DNA from: Acidothermus cellulolyticus 11B
GTDB lineage: Bacteria; Actinomycetota; Actinomycetes; Acidothermales; Acidothermaceae
Direction of reading: 5' to 3'
NCBI RefSeq assembly: GCF_000015025.1
Contig: NC_008578.1
Location: 1,170,001 to 1,202,000 of the forward strand
DNA length: 32,000 nucleotides
The notes below the pieces were generated by a model that worked only from the letters and a program-made list of their open reading frames with translations, searched no databases and had not been told where the DNA came from. A program made the translations under genes and the position numbers. Each line of letters starts with the position of its first letter. The first letter of the stretch is position 1. This document shows positions 1 through 7,641 of this stretch, piece by piece.

Positions 1-1
1 G

Positions 2-403
2 TTGCGGATTGTCCGGCTGCCGTACCATTTGTCGACGGTTACCCAAGCGGTGGCACGGGTTGCGCTTGCGCACGCGGCGGAATTGCTCGCTCAGGTCGCC
101 GAGATTCGCGCGGAACGGGACGCCGCCGTCGCCTGGCTGCGGGAATCCGGCTTCACGGCGGCGGAATCGGACGCGAATTTCGTGCTGTTCGGGATTTTCG
201 CCGATGCGCACCGGGTCTGGCAGGAATTGGTCGACGCCGGCGTGCTCATCCGGGAGACCGGGCCGGACGGTTGGCTGCGGGTGAGCATCGGGACACCGGA
301 GGAAATGCGCGCTTTCCGCACCGCCTTGGCCGCCGCACCGGCTGCGGGCCGGCGGGTGCGGCGTACCGACGGTGCGCCGCATCAGGAGGGAGGGGTGACG
401 TGA
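2..403 (+). CDS. hisC: histidinol-phosphate aminotransferase, C-terminal fragment (5' end lies outside the window)
   Basis: The frame is open from the window edge. The C-terminal sequence (NFVLFG...[23 protein letters not shown]) is typical of HisC. Its TGA (401-403) overlaps the hisB ATG (TGATG). Confidence 0.85.
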   Translation: MRIVRLPYHLSTVTQAVARVALAHAAELLAQVAEIRAERDAAVAWLRESGFTAAESDANFVLFGIFADAHRVWQELVDAGVLIRETGPDGWLRVSIGTPEEMRAFRTALAAAPAAGRRVRRTDGAPHQEGGVT

Positions 404-1023
404 TGGACCCGACCGCTTCAGGCCGGCAGGCTCCCCGCAACCCTCGGCAGGCCACGGTCCAGCGGGAAACAAAAGAGACCTCGGTCTCCGTCGCTCTCGT
501 CGTTGACGGCACCGGCACGGTCGACATCGACACCGGTGTCCCGTTCTACGACCACATGCTTGCCCAGCTTGGCAAGCACGCGGGTTTCGATCTCACCGTC
601 GTCACTCGCGGTGATCTTGACGTCGACGCCCACCACACTGTCGAGGACACCGCCCTCGCCCTCGGCCAAGCGTTCCGCGAGGCGCTCGGCGACAAGGCGG
701 GCATCCGCCGGTTCGGCGACGCGCTGGTGCCCCTCGACGAAGCGCTCTGCCAGGTCGCTGTCGACCTCTCGGGGCGGCCGTACCTCGTGCACAGCGAACC
801 GGAGATGGTCGAACTCATCGGGACGTACGAAACCACGCTGACCCGCCACGTCTGGGAATCCTTTGTCGCGCAGGCGCACATCTGCCTGCACATCCAGGTG
901 CTGGCCGGGCGGAATGCGCATCACATCAACGAGGTGCAGTTCAAGGCCGTCGCCCGCGCGTTGCGGGACGCCGTCCGCCTGGACGGCGTGGCCGGCGTGC
1001 CGAGCACGAAAGGCGCCCTGTGA
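403..1023 (+). CDS. hisB: imidazoleglycerol-phosphate dehydratase
   Basis: 206 aa. The translation carries IGPD hallmarks ([54 protein letters not shown]). ATG 403 overlaps the hisC stop; GTG 400 is an alternative start. The ORF-track start at 271 is an upstream extension inside hisC. Confidence 0.95.
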   Translation: MDPTASGRQAPRNPRQATVQRETKETSVSVALVVDGTGTVDIDTGVPFYDHMLAQLGKHAGFDLTVVTRGDLDVDAHHTVEDTALALGQAFREALGDKAGIRRFGDALVPLDEALCQVAVDLSGRPYLVHSEPEMVELIGTYETTLTRHVWESFVAQAHICLHIQVLAGRNAHHINEVQFKAVARALRDAVRLDGVAGVPSTKGAL

Positions 1024-1628
1024 AGCCGCGGATCGTGGTGCTCGACTACGGCTCGGGGAACGTCCGTTCCGTGCAACGCGCGCTGCAGCGCATCGGTGCG
1101 GAGGTGACGGTGACGGCGGACGCCGGCGCGGCGCTCGCGGCGGACGGGCTGGTCGTCCCCGGGGTTGGGGCGTTTGCCGCCTGCATGGCGGGAATTGTGC
1201 GGGTCGGCGGCATCGAGGTGCTGCGCAAGCGGCTGGAATCCCGAGCACCCCTCTTCGGCATTTGCGTCGGTTTTCAAGTTCTCTTCGACTACGGCGTGGA
1301 GAGCGGTGTGCGGACCGAGGGATTGGCCTTCTGGTCCGGAGGGGTCGAGCGGTTGGCGGCGGCCGTGCTCCCGCACATGGGATGGAATACCGTTACTGCG
1401 CCGGCAGACACCGTCCTGTTCCGCGGCGTCGGGGCTGAGCGGTTCTATTTCGTGCACTCGTACGCCCCGCACACACCGACAGGCAACGCCGCGCTCACGC
1501 GTTACGAGGACGACGTCTTCGTCTCCGCGGTCGAGGACGGCGTCGTTGTCGGCACCCAATTCCATCCGGAGAAATCCGGTGATGCGGGTGCGGTGGTGTT
1601 GCGGAACTGGATGGAGTCGTGGACGTGA
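1020..1628 (+). CDS. hisH: imidazole glycerol phosphate synthase, glutamine amidotransferase subunit
   Basis: 202 aa. Class-I GATase pattern ([41 protein letters not shown]). GTG 1020 overlaps the hisB TGA (GTGA). Confidence 0.95.
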   Translation: MKPRIVVLDYGSGNVRSVQRALQRIGAEVTVTADAGAALAADGLVVPGVGAFAACMAGIVRVGGIEVLRKRLESRAPLFGICVGFQVLFDYGVESGVRTEGLAFWSGGVERLAAAVLPHMGWNTVTAPADTVLFRGVGAERFYFVHSYAPHTPTGNAALTRYEDDVFVSAVEDGVVVGTQFHPEKSGDAGAVVLRNWMESWT

Positions 1629-2350
1629 CAGGTCTGGAAATCCTCCCGGCGGTCGACGTTGCCGGCGGCCAAGCGGTCCGACTGGTGCAAGGCGCGGCGG
1701 GGACGGAGACCCGCTACGGGTCGCCGCTGGAGGCCGCCCTGGCCTGGCAAGCGGCCGGGGCGCGCTGGATTCACCTCGTCGATTTGGATGCGGCGTTCGG
1801 CCGGGGGTCGAACCGGGAACTCCTTGCGGAGATCGTCGCGCGGGTCGACGTCGCCGTCGAACTCTCCGGCGGCATACGGGACGACGAGTCGCTGCGGGTC
1901 GCGCTGGCCACCGGATGCGCACGGGTGAACATCGGCACCGCCGCCCTGGAAAATCCGGAGTGGGTGCGCCGAGTGGTCGCCGAGTATGGCGAGAAAATCG
2001 CGGTCGGTCTCGACGTCCGGGACGGCCGGCTGGCGGCCCGGGGCTGGACGAAGGACGGCGGCGAGCTCTTCGAGGTTCTCGCCCGGCTCGACGCCGATGG
2101 CTGTGCGCGCTATGTCGTGACCGACGTCGCACGCGACGGCACACTGGGCGGACCGAACATCGAGCTGCTCCGCGCGGTCTGCGCCGCGACCGACCGGCCG
2201 GTGGTGGCAAGCGGCGGGATTTCCTCCCTGGACGACGTCCGCGCGGTTGCCGCTCTGGTGCCGCTCGGAGTCGAGGGGCTCATCATCGGAAAAGCGTTGT
2301 ACGCGGGCGTCTTCTCCCTTCGGGAGGCGATGACGGCCGCTCAGGCGTGA
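1619..2350 (+). CDS. priA: ProFAR isomerase; in actinobacteria this is the bifunctional HisA/TrpF enzyme PriA
   Basis: 243 aa with a (beta/alpha)8 HisA-family sequence ([49 protein letters not shown]). The start overlaps the hisH 3' end. No trpF is present in the adjacent trp cluster, consistent with a PriA role. Confidence 0.9.
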   Translation: MDVTGLEILPAVDVAGGQAVRLVQGAAGTETRYGSPLEAALAWQAAGARWIHLVDLDAAFGRGSNRELLAEIVARVDVAVELSGGIRDDESLRVALATGCARVNIGTAALENPEWVRRVVAEYGEKIAVGLDVRDGRLAARGWTKDGGELFEVLARLDADGCARYVVTDVARDGTLGGPNIELLRAVCAATDRPVVASGGISSLDDVRAVAALVPLGVEGLIIGKALYAGVFSLREAMTAAQA

Positions 2351-4127
2351 GAGGAACAACCGACGCCCGCGCCGGGACAGTCTCCGGTCCGGCCCCGCCC
2401 GGCGTGGGGCGCCGTCCCGGACCGCGGACGCCCTCCGGGAGGTGAAGGGCGAGCAGTTTCGCTGTGACGTCACGCGGGATTGCCCGCGGGGTGAGCCGGG
2501 ACACCACGACCATGGCCAGGAATGCGGTCGGCACCGTCCACACGGCGGGGACGGCGAGGAGCACCGCCGGCCATCCGGTCCGGCCGAGGCCCGCCATTGC
2601 GGAGATGATGGCGGCGGTCGCGGTACCGCCGCCGAGGAGCAGTCCCGCGAGGGCACCCGGACCGGTGAGCCGCCGCCACCAGATACCGAGGATGAGCAGC
2701 GGCCCGAACGAGGATGCGGCGATGGCGAACGCCCAACCGACGAGCACGTTGATGGAGAAGCTGCCTACGCCCAGACCACCGATGGTGACGGCGATCCCGG
2801 AACCGCATGCGGCGAGCCGAAATGCCCGGGAGCCGCGCCGCAGAATGTCATGACTGATCGCACCGGCCATCGCGATGAGCAGGCCCGACGACGTGGAGAG
2901 GAACGCCGCGACGGCCCCGGCGGTTGTCACTGCCCCCAGAAGGTCGCCGGCGAGCCCCGACGCCTGAGCGCGTGGCAGGACGAGGACGACGCCGTCGGTC
3001 TGGCCGGTGGCATACAGGCCGGGCGCGTTGAGCCGGCCGAGCAGCGCAAAGAGGCCGGGCAGGAGATAGAAGCACGAAACCAACAGCACGACGATTGCGG
3101 TGGTGCGCCGGGCGGCCTGTCCGTCGGGATTGGTGTAGAAGCGGACCAGGATGTGCGGCAATCCGAGCGCGCCGAGAAAAGTCGCGATGATGACGCCGTA
3201 GGTGGCGGCGAGCGGATGAATGAGCCGGCCGTTCAGGCGAATGAGCGGCGACATCCACTGCGTGCCGGTGGGGGTGGTGTTGCCGGCGACGGCCGGTGCC
3301 GGGGTTCCAGCCGGGAAGGTGAGTTCGGCGCCGGCGGCGATCCGGTGGGCGCCGGCGCCGAGCAGCCTCGCGCCGTGGAGTGAGGTGCTGTCGACCGTGC
3401 CGGAGCCGGTGACGGTGACCGGAGTCGTGACCATGATGGTCTCGGTGGTGGGGAAGCGAACACTTGTGGTGCGTGCGAAAACCGGCGGCGCGGGCCGCAC
3501 CGCGTCATGGAGCGGTGGATGGCGGATCACCGTGAGCAGGAGGAGCGCAGGGATGGCCAGCGCCGCGAGTTTCAACCAGAAGAGAAACGCCTGAACGATC
3601 GTGATACCGCGCATGCCGCCGCTGGCGATGGCCAGGGTGACGACGGTGCCGACCACGGTGACGCCGAGCCAGTACGGGGCGCCGAATATATCTTGCAAGG
3701 TGAGACCGGCGCCGCGCAGTTGAGGCAGCAGGTAGAAACCGCTGATCAGGATCACCACAACGGTCGCATATCGCCGAAGCCGCGGAGAATCAAGCCGGCC
3801 CTCGGCGAAATCCGGGATCGTGTACGCACCGAAGCGGCGCAGCGGAGCGGCGACGACGACAAGGAGCACGAGGTATCCGGCGGCGTATCCGACCGCATAC
3901 CACAAAGCGCCCAGGCCTTCGAACATCGCCAGCCCGGCGATGCCGAGGAAAGAAGCAGCCGAGAGGTATTCGCCGGAGATCGCCGAGGCATTGAGGAGCG
4001 GCGGCACTTGGCGCGCCGCGACGAGAAAGTCAGCCGGCGTGCGGGCCACCCGCAGCCCACGGACGCCGAGAATCGCCGTCACCACCGCGACGGCGAGCAC
4101 GGCTACCGCTGCAAGCGGCTCATTCAT
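2283..4127 (-). CDS. sodium:solute symporter family (SSS/SLC5) monocarboxylate transporter, ActP/MctC-like
   Basis: 614 aa, multi-TM. SSS signatures are present ([44 protein letters not shown]). It lies downstream of a DUF485 gene, as in yjcH-actP and cg0952-mctC. I chose ATG 4127 rather than the ORF-track 4238 because 4128-4238 is better explained by the small ORF in another frame. The substrate is not determinable from sequence. Confidence 0.85.
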   Translation of the reverse strand: MNEPLAAVAVLAVAVVTAILGVRGLRVARTPADFLVAARQVPPLLNASAISGEYLSAASFLGIAGLAMFEGLGALWYAVGYAAGYLVLLVVVAAPLRRFGAYTIPDFAEGRLDSPRLRRYATVVVILISGFYLLPQLRGAGLTLQDIFGAPYWLGVTVVGTVVTLAIASGGMRGITIVQAFLFWLKLAALAIPALLLLTVIRHPPLHDAVRPAPPVFARTTSVRFPTTETIMVTTPVTVTGSGTVDSTSLHGARLLGAGAHRIAAGAELTFPAGTPAPAVAGNTTPTGTQWMSPLIRLNGRLIHPLAATYGVIIATFLGALGLPHILVRFYTNPDGQAARRTTAIVVLLVSCFYLLPGLFALLGRLNAPGLYATGQTDGVVLVLPRAQASGLAGDLLGAVTTAGAVAAFLSTSSGLLIAMAGAISHDILRRGSRAFRLAACGSGIAVTIGGLGVGSFSINVLVGWAFAIAASSFGPLLILGIWWRRLTGPGALAGLLLGGGTATAAIISAMAGLGRTGWPAVLLAVPAVWTVPTAFLAMVVVSRLTPRAIPRDVTAKLLALHLPEGVRGPGRRPTPGGAGPETVPARASVVPLTPERPSSPPEGRRRPRTTLFR

Positions 4128-4284
4128 CGAGGAGATCGCCGAAATTCCGGCCGCAGGTCGGGCAGGTCGCCGTCCCCGGTGTTTCGTTGAAGGCGCCGCA
4201 GGCGGGGCAGACGCGGTTCGCCCAACAGGCCGGGTCACCCCCCGTCTCGGGCTCCGGTGCGGCGGGAAGCGGTTCCTCGGTCAT
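4120..4284 (-). CDS. 54-aa zinc-ribbon micro-protein (two CPxCG knuckles); not present in the ORF track
   Basis: Hand translation: [54 protein letters not shown]. The ATG (4284-4282) overlaps the DUF485 TGA (ATGA), and GAGGAG lies 5 nt upstream. Its TGA (4122-4120) overlaps the symporter ATG (ATGAATGA). About 80% G/C at codon position 3. Confidence 0.6.
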   Translation of the reverse strand: MTEEPLPAAPEPETGGDPACWANRVCPACGAFNETPGTATCPTCGRNFGDLLDE

Positions 4285-4664
4285 GCGCTCTCCTCGTTGT
4301 CTTTGGCGAGAATCTCGGCGAAACGTCGTTCGACCCGGTGGGAGCGGCGGACGTACCAGAACGCCAGCGCCACCAGCGGCGGATACAGACCGCCGCCAAG
4401 GATGACGAGTGAGAGCGGGACGGGTCCCATCGTGGCGGTGGCCAGCGTCGGTAGCAGCACGACGAGGAGCGGGTAGAGCGCGACGAGTGCGGCGGCGGGC
4501 GCGAGCACGCTGAGACTCAGGCCGAGCTGCGCGCGCATCAGGGAGCGCAGCAGGGTTTCGCCGTAACTGCTCGCGGAGTAGAGGTCCTCGACCGCTGGGT
4601 ATCGGCGGCCGGCGGCCTGTCGCGGTGACGCGACGACGATCTCGCGGCGCGGATGCTGGGTCAC
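4281..4664 (-). CDS. DUF485-family small membrane protein (YjcH-like partner of SSS symporters)
   Basis: 127 aa with two predicted TM helices, followed by a basic, charged tail (WYVRRSHRVERRFAEIL). It sits upstream of the SSS gene. GTG 4664 overlaps the response-regulator TGA (GTGA). Confidence 0.7.
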   Translation of the reverse strand: MTQHPRREIVVASPRQAAGRRYPAVEDLYSASSYGETLLRSLMRAQLGLSLSVLAPAAALVALYPLLVVLLPTLATATMGPVPLSLVILGGGLYPPLVALAFWYVRRSHRVERRFAEILAKDNEESA

Positions 4665-5410
4665 GGCGCCTCCTCCCGGGGTGCGCGGCCGTGGAACAGC
4701 CGTTCCCGGAAGTCTCGGAGGTGACGGCGGCTCACCGGCAGGTGGTGGCCGCCGACGAGCACGCTGGTCTGACCGTCGCGGGTAGCGATCTCCCGGACCG
4801 CGCGCAGCGCCACCAGATGGCTGCGGTGAATGCGTGCGAAACCGTGCGGTTCCCAGCGCTCGGCGAGGACAGCGAGCGGCACTCGCACGAGGTAGCTGTG
4901 CCCATCATGAGTGTGCACCCGAACGTAGTCGCCGGCCGCCTCCACCCACTCGACCTCCGATCGGTCGATGAGCACGGTCCGGCCTGGGAGATCAGCGGCC
5001 AGGGTGGCGAACTGCTCGCCGCTGTCGCGATTGGCGGTCGACGTGCGGCCGGTGACCCTGGCCAGTGCGGCCGACAGCCGGTGGACATCGAACGGTTTGA
5101 GAACGTAGTCGACGGCCTGGACGCCGAAGGCGGCGACCGCATATTTCTCGTGGGCCGTGACGAACACAACCGCGGGCGCCCGGGCGAACCGGTTGAGCAC
5201 ACCGGCGAGTTCGAGGCCGTCCAGGCCGGGCATGACGACGTCGAGGAACACGACGTCCACGTCGTCGTGTTCGAGGCATCGCAACGCCTCCGCCGCATCG
5301 TGGGCGGCGTAAATTGTGCCGACCGCGGGGCACTGCCGCAGCGAATACACCAACTCGTCGAGCGCCGGCGGTTCGTCGTCCACTGCGAGAACGGACAGCT
5401 GCGTGGTCAC
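4661..5410 (-). CDS. two-component response regulator, REC + LytTR DNA-binding domain
   Basis: 249 aa. REC motifs (LAVDDEPP, VVFLDVVMPGLDG, KPF) and a C-terminal LytTR pattern (VEAAGDYVRVHT...FARIHRSHLVAL...LPVSRR). GTG 5410 overlaps the kinase TGA. Confidence 0.92.
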   Translation of the reverse strand: MTTQLSVLAVDDEPPALDELVYSLRQCPAVGTIYAAHDAAEALRCLEHDDVDVVFLDVVMPGLDGLELAGVLNRFARAPAVVFVTAHEKYAVAAFGVQAVDYVLKPFDVHRLSAALARVTGRTSTANRDSGEQFATLAADLPGRTVLIDRSEVEWVEAAGDYVRVHTHDGHSYLVRVPLAVLAERWEPHGFARIHRSHLVALRAVREIATRDGQTSVLVGGHHLPVSRRHLRDFRERLFHGRAPREEAP

Positions 5411-6597
5411 GAGGACACCCCCGCAAGGATCGCCGCGTGGTATTTCGGCACTCGGAACGTGACGCGCGTTCCGGCGCCGGGGCCGGTCTCGATGACCAGG
5501 CCGTACGAGTCGCCGAAGACCTTCCGGAGCCGCTCATCGACGTTGCGCAAGCCGATCGCCTCCTCGTCGGTCGTGCCGGCGAGAATGCGGCGGAGGCGCC
5601 GGGGATCGGCTCCGACCCCGTCGTCGTCCAAGCAGACGAGGACTTCGCTGTCCGCGTCCTATATGGAAATGTCCAGCCGACCGGATTGCTTGGGTTCGAG
5701 CCCGTGACGGATCGCGTTCTCCACCAGGGGTTGCAGGATCAAGGACGGGACCCGGACGGCGAGGACCTCCGGAGCAACGCGCAATGTGACGGCGAAGCGG
5801 TCGCCGAATCGGGCCTGCTCCAGTTCGAGATACAGCTCGACGAGGCGCAATTCTTCGGCCATGGTGGCAAATTGGCCGTGGCTGCGGAAGCAGTAGCGGG
5901 TGAAGTCGGCGAAGCCGACGAGAAGGCGACGGGCACGCTCCGGATACGACCGGACGAACGATTCAATCGCTGTCAAGGCGTTGTAGAGAAAATGCGGCGA
6001 GATCTGCGCTCGGAGGAAGCGGAGTTCAGCACGGGTCGCGCGCTCCTTTGACCGGTCGAGTTCGGCGAGCTTCAGCTGAGTGCAGAGAAACTCAGCGACT
6101 TCGCCGGTAAGGCGCAGGAGTCCGGCTCCGGCGGCGGCGTCGACCGCAGCCAGTGCGCCGAGAACTTTTCCTCCGATGCTGAGCGGGACGACGACGGCGC
6201 TCTGGAGGGCACAGCCGGCGCCCGATGCGCACTCGAGGGTACCCGCCGGCAGAACCTCGGGTCGGCCGGTGGCGATAGTCCGGCGTAGCGCGGAGTCCAG
6301 GAGAGCTCGGTGCGCATCGTCGACGCCGTCCGCCGCCAGAACTCCCTCGCCGTCGACGAGAAGGACGCCTCTGGTGCCGAGCAGGGCCCGCAGGTGGGGG
6401 ATCGCGGCCCCGGCTCCCTCGGCGGTCAAGCCGATGCGAAGCGCCGGCGCCGCGAGGTTGGCGGTCCGCAGCACCCGGTACGTCGCGCGCTGGTCTGTCG
6501 TACCGAGTGCTCGGTCGCCCCGCAGGCCGTACCGGAAAATGATGACGACGGCGCCGACCATAATCACCGCGGCGATCCAGAGGCCGACGTTCTTCAC
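5407..6597 (-). pseudogene. LytS/YehU-type sensor histidine kinase interrupted by an in-frame TAG (5659-5661). This could be a nonsense pseudogene, a sequencing error or read-through.
   Basis: A single frame contains one TM (VGLWIAAVIMVGAVVIIF), a GAF-like region, an H-box (FLRAQISPHFLYNAL) and an N-box (LVENAIRHG), then ...GRLDISI-TAG-DADSEVLVCLDDDGVG (G1) ...AIGLRNVDERL...GPGAGTRV (G2). The ORF track shows this as the tail of 5659..8799 plus the 74-aa ORF 5407..5631. I chose GTG 6597 as the start (GGGGG 5 nt upstream); 6603 and 6615 are possible. Confidence 0.8.
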
Positions 6598-6680
6598 CGT
6601 CACCCCCGTCCGCACGCCGAGGACTTTCTGCCCGAAGTATGACACTGACCAGCCGATCGAGGAAATCCGCGACGCCGTCA

Positions 6681-6754
6681 CTTTCGGCCGACGGCTGACT
6701 GCCGTTCGGCGCCCGCTGATGCACGTTCGGCGCAGGTCAGGCGCTGTTTGGCGA
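6681..6754. promoter_or_regulatory. array of four phased direct repeats; candidate LytTR operator in the divergent kinase/satP intergenic region
   Basis: CTTTCGGCCG (6681), CGTTCGGCGC (6703), CGTTCGGCGC (6724) and TGTTTGGCGA (6745). The start-to-start spacings are 22, 21 and 21 bp, and the two central 10-mers are identical. Confidence 0.45.
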
Positions 6755-6912
6755 TTGGCCGGCGCGCACTCGTTGCCGGGACCGCTGGGGAACTTCAACG
6801 ATTCTTGCGAGATCTCGTGGATGCTCCGGTGGCCGGCGACGTATTCGACGGCCGGATCGTCCCGGGAGGCATTGGGCGGTCGCCGACAGGGCGACAGGAA
6901 AGGGAGGGTGAC

Positions 6913-7593
6913 GTGTCCACGACCGTGGAATCCGGAAGGCTGGAACACGAGCAGCAGACGAAAGTGACGGGGATGCCGGCGCCGGCAGACCCGGCACCGC
7001 TTGGTCTCGCCGGTTTCGCACTCACAACATTCCTGCTCTCGGCAAAGAACGCGGGTTGGACGCACGGCACGGATGCCTGGCTCGGCTACGCATTCGCGTA
7101 CGGCGGTCTCGTCCAGTTGCTCGCCGGCATGTGGGAATTCCGCAACCGTAATGTTTTCGGTGCCACGGCATTTTCGACATACGGCGGCTTCTGGATCGGC
7201 CTCGGCCTTTACGTCAAGCTTGTCGCGCCCACCGCGCAGAATGGCTCGCAGGTCAGTAATGACCTCGCGTGGATTCTCCTTGCGTTTCTGATTTTCAACA
7301 GCTACATGCTGCTCTGGAGCCTGTGGACGAACTGGGCGGTATTCGGGGTGTTCCTCACCTTGGAGGTGACCGAGCTCGTGCTGGTCATCGGGAACTTCAA
7401 CGAGAACAGCAATGCCGTCAAGGCCGGTGGAGTGATCGGCGTCATCACCGCCGCGGTGGCGTGGTACACCTCGGCTGCCGGCGTTATCAACGGCATGGTG
7501 GGCCGTTCTCTGCTGCCGGTTGGATCGCCGCCGGCCGGGAATGTGGGTCGGGCGGCACCGGCTGTCACTCCGCAACCGGTTCCGCAACGCTAG
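6913..7593 (+). CDS. satP: GPR1/FUN34/YaaH-family acetate/succinate channel (SatP-like)
   Basis: 226 aa. It has the family signature DPAPLGLAGFALTTF (the NPAPLGL motif), six TM segments and FSTYGGFW. The start GTG 6913 lies 5 nt after a strong SD, AGGGAGG (6901-6907). ATG 6973 is an alternative start. Confidence 0.85.
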   Translation: MSTTVESGRLEHEQQTKVTGMPAPADPAPLGLAGFALTTFLLSAKNAGWTHGTDAWLGYAFAYGGLVQLLAGMWEFRNRNVFGATAFSTYGGFWIGLGLYVKLVAPTAQNGSQVSNDLAWILLAFLIFNSYMLLWSLWTNWAVFGVFLTLEVTELVLVIGNFNENSNAVKAGGVIGVITAAVAWYTSAAGVINGMVGRSLLPVGSPPAGNVGRAAPAVTPQPVPQR

Positions 7594-7641
7594 GAGCGAA
7601 TACGGCATGCATACGCGACGAAGAGGGGACGAAGGGAGCAG

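Noticed and set aside
921-2656. Long ORFs 921..2210(-), 1165..2445(+) and 1502..2656(-)
   Set aside because: They overlap hisB, hisH and priA in other frames or on the other strand. Their composition is extreme in Arg and Pro. They are high-GC artefacts.
4128-4238. N-terminal extension of the symporter ORF back to ATG 4238
   Set aside because: The extension (MTRPVGRTASAPPAAPSTKHRGRRPARPAAGISAISS) is basic and low-complexity, with about 59% GC3. The same bases encode the SD-preceded zinc-ribbon ORF at about 80% GC3. ATG 4127 gives a normal SSS N-terminus ([13 protein letters not shown]...).
6789-6817. RamB-like box (GGAACTTCAACGA, 6789-6801) and perfect palindrome CGAGATCTCG (6808-6817) upstream of satP
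   Set aside because: The RamB match is only about 7 of 13 to the corynebacterial consensus. A 10-bp palindrome is expected many times by chance in 32 kb. Neither is strong enough to call.
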